Shown: piece after piece, positions 22,301 to 37,700 of the stretch
Layout: every line of letters starts with the position of its first letter
Position numbering within the stretch: the first letter of the stretch is position 1
NCBI RefSeq assembly: GCF_964355755.1
Contig: NC_092678.1
Location: forward strand, 9,732,352-9,796,351
DNA: 64,000 nt
From: Antedon mediterranea
Lineage: Eukaryota > Animalia > Echinodermata
Reading direction: 5' to 3'
Made by a program: the position numbers and the translations under genes
Notes under the pieces: model-generated
Databases searched by the model: none
What the model was told of the DNA's origin: nothing
Seen by the model: the letters and a program-made list of their open reading frames with translations, nothing else

Positions 22301-25300
22301 TGCGATTTGAATATATTCTGAGCACTTTGGTGTTTTTATGTTAAAAAAGTTTTTTCGAAAATCACAAAATGGTCTAAAACGTCTCCAAATGCGATTTGAA
22401 GCTATTCTGTACACTTTGATGTTTTGTGTGAAAAAAGTTTTGTCGAAATGCTCAAAATGGTCTAAAACGTTTTTAAAACGATATTAAGCTATTTTGTGCT
22501 CTCTGATGTTTTTGTGTAACCAAGTTTCATCGAAATGAACAAAATGGTCTAAAACGTCTCCAAATGCGATTTGAAGCTTTTCCAAGCACTTTGCTGTTTT
22601 TATGTTAACAAGTTTTTTCGAAAATCACAAAATGGTCTAAAACGTCTCAAAATGCGATTTGAAGGTATTCTGAGCACTTTGGTGTTTTTGTGTGAAAAGT
22701 TTTAACGAAATGCTCAAAACGGTCTAAAACGGTTTCTAATGTGATTTTAAGCACTTTGATGTTTTTGTATAACCAAGTTTCATCGAAATGCACAAAATGG
22801 TCTAAAACGTCTCCAAATGCGATTTGAAGCTTTTCTAAGCACTTTGCTGTTTTTATGTTAACAAGTTTTTTCGAAAATCACAAAATGGTCTAAAAAGTCT
22901 CAAAATGCGATTTGAAGGTATTCTGAGCACTTTGGTGTTTTTGTGTGAAAAGTTTTAACGAAATGCTCAAAATGGTCTAAAACGGTTTCTAATGTGATTT
23001 TAAGCACTTTGATGTTTTTGTATAACCAAGTTTCATCGAATCGCACAAAATGGTCTAAAACGTCTCCAAATGCGATTTGAAGCTTTTCTAAGCACTTTGC
23101 TGTTTTTATGTTAACAAGTTTTTTCGAAAATCACAAAATGGTCTAAAACGTCTCCAAATGCGATTTGAAGATATTCTGAGCACTTTGGTGTTTTTATGTT
23201 AAAAAGTTTTTTCGAAAATCACAAAATGGTCTAAAACGTCTCCAAATGCGATTTGAAGCTCTTCTGTACACTTTGATGTTTTGTGTGAAAAAGTTTTGTC
23301 GAAATGCTCAAAATGGTCTAAAACGTTTTTAAATACGATATTAAGCTGTTTTGTGCACTTTGATGATTTGTGTGAAAAGTTTTAACGAAATGCTCAAAAT
23401 GGTCTAAAACGGTTTCTAATGTGATTTTAAGCACTTTGATGTTTTTGTGTAACCAAGCTTTTTCGAAAATCACAAAATGGTCTAAAACGTCTCCAAATGC
23501 GATTTGAAGCTTTTCTAAGCACTTTGGTGTTTTTATGTTAACAAGTTTTTTCGAAAATTACAAAATGGTCTAAAACGTCTCAAAATGCGATTTGAAGGTA
23601 TTCTGAGCACTTTGGTGTTTTTGTGTGAAAGTTTTAACGAAATGCTCAAAATGGTCTAAAACGGTTTATAATGTGATTTTAACCACTTTGATGTTTTTGT
23701 GTAACCAAGTTTTTTCGAAAATCACAAAATGGTCTAAAACGTCTCCAAATGCGATTTGAAGCTTTTCTAAGCACTTTGGTGTTTTTATGTTAACAAGTTT
23801 TTTCGAAAATCACAAAATGGTCTAAAACGTCTCCAAATGCGATTTGAAGTTATTCTGAGCACTTTGGTATTTTTATGTTAAAAAGTTTTTTCGAAAATCA
23901 CAAAATGGTCTAAAACGTCTCCAAATGCGATTTGAAGCTATTCGGTACACTTTGATATTTTGTGTGAAAAAAGTTTTGTCGAAATGCTCAAAATGGTCTA
24001 AAACGTTTTTAAAACGATATTAAGCTATTTTGTGCTCTTTGATGTTTTTGTGTAACCAAGTTTCATCGAAATGAACAAAATGATCTAAAACGTCTCCAAA
24101 TGCGATTTGAAGCTTTTCCAAGCACTTTGCTGTTTTTATGTTAACAAGTTTTTTCGAAAATCACAAAATGGTCTAAAACGTCTCAAAATGCTTTTTGAAG
24201 GTATTCTGAGCACTTTGGTGTTTTTGTGTGAAAAGTTTTATCGAAATGCTCAAAATGGTCTAAAACGGTTTCTAATGTGATTTTAAGCACTTTGATGTTT
24301 TTGTAAAACCAAGTTTCATCGAAATGCACAAAATGGTCTAAAACGTCTCCAAATGCGATTTGAAGGTATTCTGAGCACTTTGGTGTTTTTGTGTGAAAAG
24401 TTTTAACGAAATGCTCAAAATGGTCTAAAACGGTTCTAATGTGATTTTAAGCACTTTGATGTTTTTGTATAACCAAGTTTCATCGAAATGCTCAAAATGG
24501 TCTAAAACGTTTTTAAAACGATATTAAGCTATTTTCTGCTCTTTGATGTTTTTGTGTAACCAAGTTTTTTCGAAAATCACAAAATGGTCTAAAACGTCTC
24601 CAAATGCGATTTGAAGCTTTTCTAAGCACTTTGGTGTTTTTATGTTAACAAGTTTTTTCGAAAATCACAAAATGGTCTAAAACGTCTCAAAATACGATTT
24701 GAAGGTATTCTGAGCACTTTGGTGTTTTTGTGTGAAAAGTTTTAACGAAATGCTCAAAATGGTCTAAAACGATTTCTAATGTGATTTTAACCACTTTGAT
24801 GTTTTTGTGTAACCAAGTTCTTTTCGAAAATCACAAAATGGTCTAAAACGTCTCCAAATGCGATTTGAAGCTTTTCTAAGCACTTTGGTGTTTTTATGTT
24901 AAAAAGTTTTTTCGAAAATCACAAAATGGTCTAAAACGTCTCCAAATGCGATTTGAAGCTCTTCTGTACACTTTGATGTTTTGTGTGAAAAAGTTTTGTC
25001 GAAATGCTCAAAATGGTCTAAAACGTTTTTAAATACGATATTAAGCTGTTTTGTGCACTTTGATGATTTGTGTGAAAAGTTTTAACGAAATGCTCAAAAT
25101 AGTCTAAAACGGTTTCTAATGTGATTTTAAGCACTTTGATGTTTTTGTGTAACCAAGTTTTTTCGGAAATCACAAAATGGTCTAAAACGTCTCCAAATGC
25201 GATTTGAAGCTTTTCTAAGCACTTTGGTGTTTTTATGTTAACAAGTTTTTTCGAAAATCACAAAATGGTCTAAAACGTCTCAAAATGCGATTGAAGGTAT

Positions 25301-28300
25301 TCTGAGCACTTTGGTGTTTTTGTGTGAAAAGTTTTAACGAAATGCTCAAAATGGTCTAAAACGGTTCTAATGTGATTTTAAGCACTTTGATGTTTTTGTA
25401 TAACCAAGTTTCATCGAAATGCTCAAAATGGTCTAAAACGTTTTTAAAACGATATTAAGCTATTTTGTGCTCTTTGATGTTTTTGTGTAACCAAGTTTTT
25501 TCGGAAATCACAAAATGGTCTAAAACGTCTCCAAATGCGATTTGAAGCTTTTCTAAGCACTTTGGTGTTTTTATGTTAACAAGTTTTTTCGAAAATCACA
25601 AAATGGTCTAAAACGTCTCCAAATGCGATTTGAAGATATTCTGAGCACTTTGGTATTTTTGTGTAACCAAGTTTTTTCGAAAATCACAAAATGGTCTAAA
25701 ACGTCTCCAAATGCGATTTGAAGCTTTTCTAAGCACTTTGGTGTTTTTATGTTAACAAGTTTTTTCGAAAATCACAAAATGGTCTAAAACGTCTCAAAAT
25801 GCGATTTGAAGGTATTCTGAGCACTTTGGTGTTTTTGTGTGAAAAGTTTTAACGAAATGCTCAAAATGGTCTAAAACGATTTCTAATGTGATTTTAACCA
25901 CTTTGATGTTTTTGTGTAACCAAGTTCTTTTCGAAAATCACAAAATGGTCTAAAACGTCTCCAAATGCGATTTGAAGCTTTTCTAAGCACTTTGGTGTTT
26001 TTATGTTAAAAAGTTTTTTCGAAAATCACAAAATGGTCTAAAACGTCTCCAAATGCGATTTGAAGCTCTTCTGTACACTTTGATGTTTTGTGTGAAAAAG
26101 TTTTGTCGAAATGCTCAAAATGGTCTAAAACGTTTTTAAATACGATATTAAGCTGTTTTGTGCACTTTGATGATTTGTGTGAAAAGTTTTAACGAAATGC
26201 TCAAAATAGTCTAAAACGGTTTCTAATGTGATTTTAAGCACTTTGATGTTTTTGTATAACCAAGTTTCATCGAAATGCTCAAAATGGTCTAAAACGTTTT
26301 TAAAACGATATTAAGCTATTTTGTGCTCTTTGATGTTTTTGTGTAACCAAGTTTTTTCGGAAATCACAAAATGGTCTAAAACGTCTCCAAATGCGATTTG
26401 AAGCTTTTCTAAGCACTTTGGTGTTTTTATGTTAACAAGTTTTTTCGAAAATCACAAAATGGTCTAAAACGTCTCAAAATGCGATTTGAAGGTATTCTGA
26501 GCACTTTGGTGTTTTTGTGTGAAAAGTTTTAACGAAATGCTCAAAATGGTCTAAAACGGTTTCTAATGTGATTTTAAGCACTTTGATGTTTTTGTAAAAC
26601 CAAGTTTCATCGAAATGCACAAAATGGTCTAAAACGTCTCCAAATGCGATTTGAAGGTATTCTGAGCACTTTGGTGTTTTTGTGTGAAAAGTTTTAACGA
26701 AATGCTCAAAATGGTCTAAAACGGTTCTAATGTGATTTTAAGCACTTTGATGTTTTTGTATAACCAAGTTTCATCGAAATGCTCAAAATGGTCTAAAACG
26801 TTTTTAAAACGATATTAAGCTATTTTGTGCTCTTTGATGTTTTTGTGTAACCAAGTTTTTTCGAAAATCACAAAATGGTCTAAAACGTCTCCAAATGCGA
26901 TTTGAAGCTTTTCTAAGCACTTTGGTGTTTTTATGTTAACAAGTTTTTTCGAAAATCACAAAATGGTCTAAAACGTCTCAAAATGCGATTTGAAGGTATT
27001 CTGAGCACTTTGGTGTTTTTGTGTGAAAAGTTTTAACGAAATGCTCAAAATGGTCTAAAACGATTTCTAATGTGATTTTAACCACTTTGATGTTTTTGTG
27101 TAACCAAGTTCTTTTCGAAAATCACAAAATGGTCTAAAACGTCTCCAAATGCGATTTGAAGCTTTTCTAAGCACTTTGGTGTTTTTATGTTAAAAAGTTT
27201 TTTCGAAAATCACAAAATGGTCTAAAACGTCTCCAAATGCGATTTGAAGCTTTTCTGTACACTTTGATGTTTTGTGTGAAAAAGTTTTGTCGAAATGCTC
27301 AAAATGGTCTAAAACGTTTTTAAATACGATATTAAGCTGTTTTGTGCACTTTGATGATTTGTGTGAAAAGTTTTAACGAAATGCTCAAAATAGTCTAAAA
27401 CGGTTTCTAATGTGATTTTAAGCACTTTGATGTTTTTGTGTAACCAAGTTTTTTCGGAAATCACAAAATGGTCTAAAACGTCTCCAAATGCGATTTGAAG
27501 CTTTTCTAAGCACTTTGGTGTTTTTATGTTAACAAGTTTTTTCGAAAATCACAAAATGGTCTAAAACGTCTCAAAATGCGATTGAAGGTATTCTGAGCAC
27601 TTTGGTGTTTTTGTGTGAAAAGTTTTAACGAAATGCTCAAAATGGTCTAAAACGGTTCTAATGTGATTTTAAGCACTTTGATGTTTTTGTATAACCAAGT
27701 TTCATCGAAATGCTCAAAATGGTCTAAAACGTTTTTAAAACGATATTAAGCTATTTTGTGCTCTTTGATGTTTTTGTGTAACCAAGTTTTTTCGGAAATC
27801 ACAAAATGGTCTAAAACGTCTCCAAATGCGATTTGAAGCTTTTCTAAGCACTTTGGTGTTTTTATGTTAACAAGTTTTTTCGAAAATCACAAAATGGTCT
27901 AAAACGTCTCAAAATGCGATTTGAAGGTATTCTGAGCACTTTGGTGTTTTTGTGTGAAAAGTTTTAACGAAATGCTCAAAATGGTCTAAAACGGTTTCTA
28001 ATGTGATTTTAACCACTTTGATGTTTTTGTGTAACCAAGTTTTTTCGAAAATCACAAAATGGTCTAAAACGTCTCCAAATGCGATTTGAAGCTTTTCTAA
28101 GCACTTTGGTGTTTTTATGTTAACAAGTTTTTTCTAAAATCACAAAATGGTCTAAAACGTCTCCAAATGCGATTTGAAGCTATTCTGTACACTTTGATGT
28201 TTTGTGTGAAAAAAGTTTTGTCGAAATGCTCAAAATGGTCTAAAACGTTTTTAAAACGATATTAAGCTATTTTGTGCTCTTTGATGTTTTTGTGTAACCA

Positions 28301-31300
28301 AGTTTTATCGAAATGAACAAAATTGTCTAAAACGTCTCCAAATGCGATTTGAAGATATTCTGAGCACTTTGGTGTTTTTATGTTAAAAAGTTTTTTCGAA
28401 AATCACAAAATGGTCTAAAACGTCTCAAAATGCGATTTGAAGGTATTCTGAGCACTTTGGTGTTTTTGTGTGAAAAGTTTTAACGAAATGCTCAAAATTG
28501 TCTAAAACGGTTTCTAATGTGATTTTAAGCACTTTGATGTTTTTGTAAAACCAAGTTTCATCAAAATGCACAAAATGGTCTAAAACGTCTCCAAATGCGA
28601 TTTGAAGCTTTTCCAAGCACTTTGCTGTTTTTATGTTAACAAGCTTTTTCGAAAATCACAAAATGGTCTAAAACGTCTCCAAATGCGATTTGAAGCTTTT
28701 CTAAGCACTTTGGTGTTTTTATGTTAACAAGTTTTTTCGAAAATCACAAAATGGTCTAAAACGTCTCCAAATGCGATTTGAAGCTCTTCTGTACACTTTG
28801 ATGTTTTGTGTGAAAAAGTTTTGTCAAAATGCTCAAAATGGTCTAAAACGTTTTTAAAACGATATTAAGCTATTTTGTGCTCTTTGATGTTTTTGTATAA
28901 CCAAGTTTTTTCGAAAATCACAAAATGGTCTAAAACGTCTCCAAATGCGATTTGAAGATATTCTGAGCACTTTGGTGTTTTTATGTTAAAAAGTTTTTTC
29001 GAAAATCACAAAATGGTCAAAAACGTCTCAAAATGCGATTTGAAGGTATTCTGAGCACTTTGGTGTTTTTGTGTGAAAAGTTTTAACGAAATGCTAAAAA
29101 TGGTCTAAAACGGTTCTAATGTGATTTTAAGCACTTTGATGTTTTTGTATAACCAAGTTTCATCGAAATGCACAAAATGGTCTAAAACGTCTCCAAATGC
29201 GATTTAAAGCTATTCTAGACACTTTGATGTTTTGTGTGAAAAAGTTTTCTCGAAATCCTCAAAATGGTCTAAAACGTTTTCCAATACCATATTAAGCTAT
29301 TTTGTGCAATTTGATGTTTTTGTGTAACCAAGTTTTTTGAAATGCGATTTGAAGATATTCTGAGCACTTTGGTGTTTTTATGTTAAAAACTTTTTTCGAA
29401 AATCACAAAATGGTCTAAAACGTCTCCAAATGCGATTTGAAGATATTCTGAGCACTTTGGTGTTTTTATGTTAAAAAGTGTTTTCGAAAATCACAAAATG
29501 GTCTAAAACGTCTCCAAATGCGATTTGAAGCTATTCTGTACACTTTGATGTTTTGTGTGAAAAAGTTTTGTCGAAATGCTCAAAATGGTCTAAAACGTTT
29601 TTAAAACGATATTAAGCTATTTTGTGCTCTTATATGTTTTTGTGTAACCAAGTTTTTTCGAAAATTACAAAATGGTCTAAAACGTCTCCAAATGCGATTT
29701 GAAGCTCTTCTGTTTGTTGTTTTGTGTGAAAAAGTTTTGTCGAAATGCTCAAAATGGTCTAAAACGTTTTTAAATACGATATTAAGCTGTTTTGTGCACT
29801 TTGATGATTTGTGTGAAAAGTTTTAACGAAATGCTCAAAATGGTCAAAAACGGTTTCTAATGTGATTTTAAGCACTTTGATGTTTTTGTGTAACCAAGTT
29901 TTTTCGAAAATCACAAAATGGTCTAAAACGTCTCCAAATGCGATTTGAAGCTTTTCTAAACACTTTGGTGTTTTTATGTTAACAAGTTTTTTCGAAAATC
30001 ACAAAATGGTCTAAAACGTCTCCAAATGCGATTTGAAGCTTTTCCAAGCACTTTGCTGTTTTTATGTTAACAATTTTTTTCGAAAATCACAAAATGGTCT
30101 AAAACGTCTCCAAATGCGATTTGAAGCTATTCTGTACACTTTGATGTTTTGTGTGAAAAAGTTTTGTCGAAATGCTCAAAATGGTCTAAAACGTTTTTAA
30201 AACGATATTAAGCTATTTTGTGCTCTTTGATGTTTTTGTGTAACCAAGTTTCATCGAAATGCACAAAATGGTCTAAAACGTCTCCAAATGCGATTTGAAG
30301 CTTTTCTAAGCACTTTGCTGTTTTTATGTTAACAAGTTTTTTCGAAAATCACAAAATGGTCTAAAACGTCTCCAAATGCGATTTGAAGATATTCTGAGCA
30401 CTTTGGTGTTTTTATGTTAAAAAGTTTTTTCGAAAATCACAAAATGGTCTAAAACGTCTCCAAATGCGATTTGAAGCTCTTCTGTACACTTTGATGTTTT
30501 GTGTGAACAAGTTTTGTCGAAATGCTCAAAATGGTCTAAAACGTTTTTAAATACGATATTAAGCTGTTTTGTGCACTTTGGTGTTTTTGTGTGAAAAGTT
30601 TTAACGAAATGCTCAAAATGGTCTAAAACGGTTCTAATGTGATTTTAAGCACTTTGATGTTTTTGTATAACCAAGTTTCATCGAAATGCTCAAAATGGTC
30701 TAAAACGTTTTTAAAACGATATTAAGCTATTTTGTGCTCTTTGATGTTTTTGTGTAACCAAGTTTCATCGAAATGAACAAAATGGTCTAAAACGTCTCCA
30801 AATGCGATTTGAAGCTTTTCTAAGCACTTTGGTGTTTTTATGTTAACAAGTTTTTTCGAAAATCACAAAATGGTCTAAAACGTCTCAAAATGCGATTGAA
30901 GGTATTCTGAGCACTTTGGTGTTTTTGTGTGAAAAGTTTTAACGAAATGCTCAAAATGGTCTAAAACGGTTCTAATGTGATTTTAAGCACTTTGATGTTT
31001 TTGTATAACCAAGTTTCATCGAAATGCTCAAAATGGTCTAAAACGTTTTTAAAACGATATTAAGCTATTTTGTGCTCTTTGATGTTTTTGTGTAACCAAG
31101 TTTCATCGAAATGAACAAAATGGTCTAAAACGTCTCCAAATGCGATTTGAAGCTTTTCTAAGCACTTTGGTGTTTTTATGTTAACAAGTTTTTTCGAAAA
31201 TCACAAAATGGTCTAAAACGTCTCAAAATGCGATTGAAGGTATTCTGAGCACTTTGGTGTTTTTGTGTGAAAAGTTTTAACGAAATGCTCAAAATGGTCT

Positions 31301-34300
31301 AAAACGGTTCTAATGTGATTTTAAGCACTTTGATGTTTTTGTATAACCAAGTTTCATCGAAATGCTCAAAATGGTCTAAAACGTTTTTAAAACGATATTA
31401 AGCTATTTTGTGCTCTTTGATGTTTTTGTGTAACCAAGTTTTTTCGAAAATCACAAAATGGTCTAAAACGTCTCCAAATGCGATTTGAAGGTATTCTGAG
31501 CACTTTGGTGTTTTTGTGTGAAAAGTTTTAACGAAATGCTCAAAATGGTCTAAAACGGTTTCTAATGTGATTTTAACCACTTTGATGTTTTTGTGTAACC
31601 AAGTTCTTTTCGAAAATCACAAAATGGTCTGAAACGTCTCCAAATGTGATTTGAAGCTCTTCTGTACACTTTGATGTTTTGTGTGAAAAAGTTTTGTCGA
31701 AATGCTTAAAATGGTCTAAAACGTTTTTAAATACGATATTAAGCTGTTTTGTGCACTTTGATGATTTGTGTGAAAAGTTTTAACGAAATGCTCAAAATAG
31801 TCTAAAACGGTTTCTAATGTGATTTTAAGCACTTTGATGTTTTTGTGTAACCAAGTTTTTTCGGAAATCACAAAATGGTCTAAAACGTCTCCAAATGCGA
31901 TTTGAAGCTTTTCTAAGCACTTTGGTGTTTTTATGTTAACAAGTTTTTTCGAAAATCACAAAATGGTCTAAAACGTCTCAAAATGCGATTTGAAGGTATT
32001 CTGAGCACTTTGGTGTTTTTGTGTGAAAAGTTTTAACGAAATGCTCAAAATGGTCTAAAACGGTTTCTAATGTGATTTTAACCACTTTGATGTTTTTGTG
32101 TAACCAAGTTTTTTCGAAAATCACAAAATGGTCTAAAACGTCTCCAAATGCGATTTGAAGCTTTTCTGAGCACTTTGGTGTTTTTATGTTAACAAGTTTT
32201 TTCGAAAATCACAAAATGGTCTAAAACGTCTCCAAATGCGATTTGAAGCTATTCTGTACACTTTGATGTTTTGTGTGAAAAAAGTTTTGTCGAAATGCTC
32301 AAAATGGTCTAAAACGTTTTTAAAACGATATTAAGCTATTTTGTGCTCTTTGATGTTTTTGTGTAACCAAGTTTCATCGAAATGAACAAAATGGTCTAAA
32401 ACGTCTCCAAATGCGATTTGAAGCTTTTCCAAGCACTTTGCTGTTTTTATGTTAACAAGTTTTTTCGAAAATCACAAAATGGTCTAAAACGTCTCAAAAT
32501 GCGATTTCAAGGTATTCTGAGCACTTTGGTGTTTTTGTGTGAAAAGTCTTAACGAAATGCTCAAAATGGTCTAAAACGGTTTCTAATGTGATTTTAAGCA
32601 CTTTGATGTTTTTGTATAACCAAGTTTCATCGAAATGCACAAAATGGTCTAAAACGTCTCCAAATGCGATTTGAAGCTTTTCTAAGCACTATGCTGTTTT
32701 TATGTTAACAAGTTTTTTCGAAAATCACAAAATGGTCTAAAACGTCTCCAAATGCGATTTGAAGATATTCTGAGCACTTTGGTGTTTTTATGTTAAAAAG
32801 TTTTTTCGAAAATCACAAAATTGTCTAAAACGTCTTCAAATGCGATTTGAAGCTCTTCTGTACACTTTGATGTTTTGTGTGAAAAAGTTTTGTCAAAATG
32901 CTCAAAATGGTCTAAAACGTTTTTAAAACGATATTAAGCTATTTTGTGCTCTTTGATGTTTTTGTATAACCAAGTTTTTTCGAAAATCACAAAATGGTCT
33001 AAAACGTCTCCAAATGCGATTTGAAGCTTTTCCAAGCACTTTGCTGTTTTTATGTTAACAAGTTTTTTCGAAAATCACAAAATGGTCTAAAACGTCTCCA
33101 AATGCGATTTGAAGCTATTCTGTACACTTTGATGTTTTGTGTGAAAAAGTTTTGTCGAAATGCTCAAAATGGTCTAAAACGTTTTTAAAACGATATTAAG
33201 CTATTTTGTGCTCTTTGATGTTTTTGTGTAACCAAGTTTCATCGAAATGAACAAAATGGTCTAAAGCGTCTCCAAATGCGATTTGAAGCTTTTCCAAGCA
33301 CTTTGCTGTTTTTATGTTAACAAGTTTTTTCGCAAATCACAAAATGGTCTAAAACGTCTCCAAATGCGATTTGAAGATATTCTGAGCACATTGGTGTTTT
33401 TATGTTAAAAAGTTTTAACGAAATGCTCAAAATTGTCTAAAACGGTTTCTAATGTGATTTTAAGCACTTTGATGTTTTTGTAAAACCAAGTTTCATCGAA
33501 ATGCACAAAATGGTCTAAAACGTCTCCAAATGCGATTTGAAGCTTTTCCAAGCACTTTGCTGTTTTTATGTTAACAAGCTTTTTCGAAAATCACAAAATG
33601 GTCTAAAACGTCTCCAAATGCGATTTTAAGCTTTTCTAAGCACTTTGGTGTTTTTATGTTAACAAGTTTTTTCGAAAATCACAAAATGGTCTAAAACGTC
33701 TCCAAATGCGATTTGAAGCTCTTCTGTACACTTTGATGTTTTGTGTGAAAAAGTTTTGTCAAAATGCTCAAAATGGTCTAAAACGTTTTTAAAACGATAT
33801 TAAGCTATTTTGTGCTCTTTGATGTTTTTGTATAACCAAGTTTTTTCGAAAATCACAAAATGGTCTAAAACGTCTCCAAATGCGATTTGAAGCTTTTCTA
33901 AACACTTTGGTGTTTTTATGTTAACAAGTTTTTTCGAAAATCACAAAATGGTCTAAAACGTCTCCAAATGCGATTTGAAGCTTTTCCAAGCACTTTGCTG
34001 TTTTTATGTTAACAATTTTTTTCGAAAATCACAAAATGGTCTAAAACGTCTCCAAATGCGATTTGAAGCTATTCTGTACACTTTGATGTTTTGTGTGAAA
34101 AAGTTTTGTCGAAATGCTCAAAATGGTCTAAAACGTTTTTAAAACGATATTAAGCTATTTTGTGCTCTTTGATGTTTTTGTGTAACCAAGTTTCATCGAA
34201 ATGCACAAAATGGTCTAAAACGTCTCCAAATGCGATTTGAAGCTTTTCTAAGCACTTTGGTGTTTTTATGTTAAAAAGTTTTTTCGAAAATCACAAAATG

Positions 34301-34735
34301 GTCTAAAACGTCTCCAAATGCGATTTGAAGCTCTTCTGTACACTTTGATGTTTTGCGTGAACAAGTTTTGTCGAAATGCTCAAAATGGTCTAAAACGTTT
34401 TTAAATAAGATATTAAGCTGTTTTGTGCACTTTGGTGTTTTTGTGTGAAAAGTTTTAACGAAATGCTCAAAATGGTCTAAAACGGTTCTAATGTGATTTT
34501 AAGCACTTTGATGTTTTTGTATAACCAAGTTTCATAGAAATGCTCAAAATGGTCTAAAACGTTTTTAAAACGATATTAAGCTATTTTGTGCTCTTTGATG
34601 TTTTTGTGTAACCAAGTTTCATCGAAATGAACAAAATGGTCTAAAACGTCTCCAAATGCGATTTGAAGCTATTCTGTACACTTTGATGTTTTGTGTGAAA
34701 AAGTTTTGTCGAAATGCTCAAAATGGTCTAAAACG
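16330..34735. repeat. Copy 1 of an approximately 18.4-kb near-identical duplication (partner 43063-61469)
   Basis: Identical ORF-track entries sit at constant offset: 17017/43750 (26733), and 19403/46137, 28425/55159, 31398/58132 (26734). Rare variants are shared. The copies diverge at 34736/61470; the left boundary is approximate. Confidence 0.9.
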
Positions 34736-37700
34736 GTTTCTAATGTGATTTTAAGCACTTTGATGTTTTTGTATAACCAAGTTTCATCGAATCGCACAAA
34801 ATGGTCTAAAACGTCTCCAAATGCGATTTGAAGCTTTTCTAAGCACTTTGCTGTTTTTATGTTAACAAGTTTTTTCGAAAATCACAAAATGGTCTAAAAC
34901 GTCTCCAAATGCGATTTGAAGATATTCTGAGCACTTTGGTGTTTTTATGTTAAAAAGTTTTTTCGAAAATCACAAAATGGTCTAAAACGTCTCCAAATGC
35001 GATTTGAAGCTCTTCTGTACACTTTGATGTTTTGTGTGAAAAAGTTTTGTCGAAATGCTCAAAATGGTCTAAAACGTTTTTAAATACGATATTAAGCTGT
35101 TTTGTGCACTTTGATGATTTGTGTGAAAAGTTTTAACGAAATGCTCAAAATGGTCTAAAACGGTTTCTAATGTGATTTTAAGCACTTTGATGTTTTTGTG
35201 TAACCAAGTTTTTTCGAAAATCACAAAATGGTCTAAAACGTCTCCAAATGCGATTTGAAGCTTTTCTAAGCACTTTGGTGTTTTTATGTTAACAAGTTTT
35301 TTCGAAAATTACAAAATGGTCTAAAACGTCTCAAAATGCGATTTGAAGGTATTCTGAGCACTTTGGTGTTTTTGTGTGAAAGTTTTAACGAAATGCTCAA
35401 AATGGTCTAAAACGGTTTATAATGTGATTTTAACCACTTTGATGTTTTTGTGTAACCAAGTTTTTTCGAAAAACACAAAATGGTCTAAAACGTCTCCAAA
35501 TGCGATTTGAAGCTTTTCTAAGCACTTTGGTGTTTTTATGTTAACAAGTTTTTTCGAAAATCACAAAATGGTCTAAAACGTCTCCAAATGCGATTTGAAG
35601 ATATTCTGAGCACTTTTGTATTTTTATGTTAAAAAGTTTTTTCGAAAATCACAAAATGGTCTAAAACGTCTCCAAATGCGATTTGAAGCTATTCTGTACA
35701 CTTTGATGTTTTGTGTGAAAAAAGTTTTGTCGAAATGCTCAAAATGGTCTAAAACGTTTTTAAAACGATATTAAGCTATTTTGTGCTCTTTGATGTTTTT
35801 GTGTAACCAAGTTTCATCGAAATGAACAAAATGATCTAAAACGTCTCCAAATGCGATTTGAAGCTTTTCCAAGCACTTTGCTGTTTTTATGTTAACAAGT
35901 TTTTTCGAAAATCACAAAATGGTCTAAAACGTCTCAAAATGCGATTTGAAGGTATTCTGAGCACTTTAGTGTTTTTGTGTGAAAAGTTTTATCGAAATGC
36001 TCAAAATGGTCTAAAACGGTTTCTAATGTGATTTTAAGCACTTTGATGTTTTTGTAAAACCAAGTTTCATCGAAATGCACAAAATGGTCTAAAACGTCTC
36101 CAAATGCGATTTGAAGGTATTCTGAGCACTTTGGTGTTTTTGTGTGAAAAGTTTTAACGAAATGCTCAAAATGGTCTAAAACGGTTCTAATGTGATTTTA
36201 AGCACTTTGATATTTTTGTATAACCAAGTTTCATCGAAATGCTCAAAATGGTCTAAAACGTTTTTAAAACGATATTAAGCTATTTTCTGCTCTTTGATGT
36301 TTTTGTGTAACCAAGTTTTTTCGAAAATCACAAAATGGTCTAAAACGTCTCCAAATGCGATTTGAAGCTTTTCTAAGCACTTTGGTGTTTTTATGTTAAC
36401 AAGTTTTTTCGAAAATCACAAAATGGTCTAAAACGTCTCAAAATGCGATTTGAAGGTATTCTGAGCACTTTGGTGTTTTTGTGTGAAAAGTTTTAACGAA
36501 ATGCTCAAAATGGTCTAAAACGATTTCTAATGTGATTTTAACCACTTTGATGTTTTTGTGTAACCAAGTTCTTTTCGAAAATCACAAAATGGTCTAAAAC
36601 GTCTCCAAATGCGATTTGAAGCTTTTCTAAGCACTTTGGTGTTTTTATGTTAAAAAGTTTTTTCGAAAATCACAAAATGGTCTAAAACGTCTCCAAATGC
36701 GATTTGAAGCTCTTCTGTACACTTTGATGTTTTGTGTGAAAAAGTTTTGTCGAAATGCTCAAAATGGTCTAAAACGTTTTTAAATACGATATTAAGCTGT
36801 TTTGTGCACTTTGATGATTTGTGTGAAAAGTTTTAACGAAATGCTCAAAATAGTCTAAAACGGTTTCTAATGTGATTTTAAGCACTTTGATGTTTTTGTG
36901 TAACCAAGTTTTTTCGGAAATCACAAAATGGTCTAAAACGTCTCCAAATGCGATTTGAAGCTTTTCTAAGCACTTTGGTGTTTTTATGTTAACAAGTTTT
37001 TTCGAAAATCACAAAATGGTCTAAAACGTCTCAAAATGCGATTGAAGGTATTCTGAGCACTTTGGTGTTTTTGTGTGAAAAGTTTTAACGAAATGCTCAA
37101 AATGGTCTAAAACGGTTCTAATGTGATTCTAAGCACTTTGATGTTTTTGTATAACCAAGTTTCATCGAAATGCTCAAAATGGTCTAAAACGTTTTTAAAA
37201 CGATATTAAGCTATTTTGTGCTCTTTGATGTTTTTGTGTAACCAAGTTTTTTCGGAAATCACAAAATGGTCTAAAACGTCTCCAAATGCGATTTGAAGCT
37301 TTTCTAAGCACTTTGGTGTTTTTATGTTAACAAGTTTTTTCGAAAATCACAAAATGGTCTAAAACGTCTCAAAATGCGATTTGAAGGTATTCTGAGCACT
37401 TTGGTGTTTTTGTGTGAAAAGTTTTAACGAAATGCTCAAAATGGTCTAAAACGGTTTCTAATGTGATTTTAACCACTTTGATGTTTTTGTGTAACCAAGT
37501 TTTTTCGAAAATCACAAAATGGTCTAAAACGTCTCCAAATGCGATTTGAAGCTTTTCTAAGCACTTTGGTGTTTTTATGTTAACAAGTTTTTTCGAAAAT
37601 CACAAAATGGTCTAAAACGTCTCCAAATGCGATTTGAAGCTATTCTGTACACTTTGATGTTTTGTGTGATAAAAGTTTTGTCGAAATGCTCAAAATGGTC

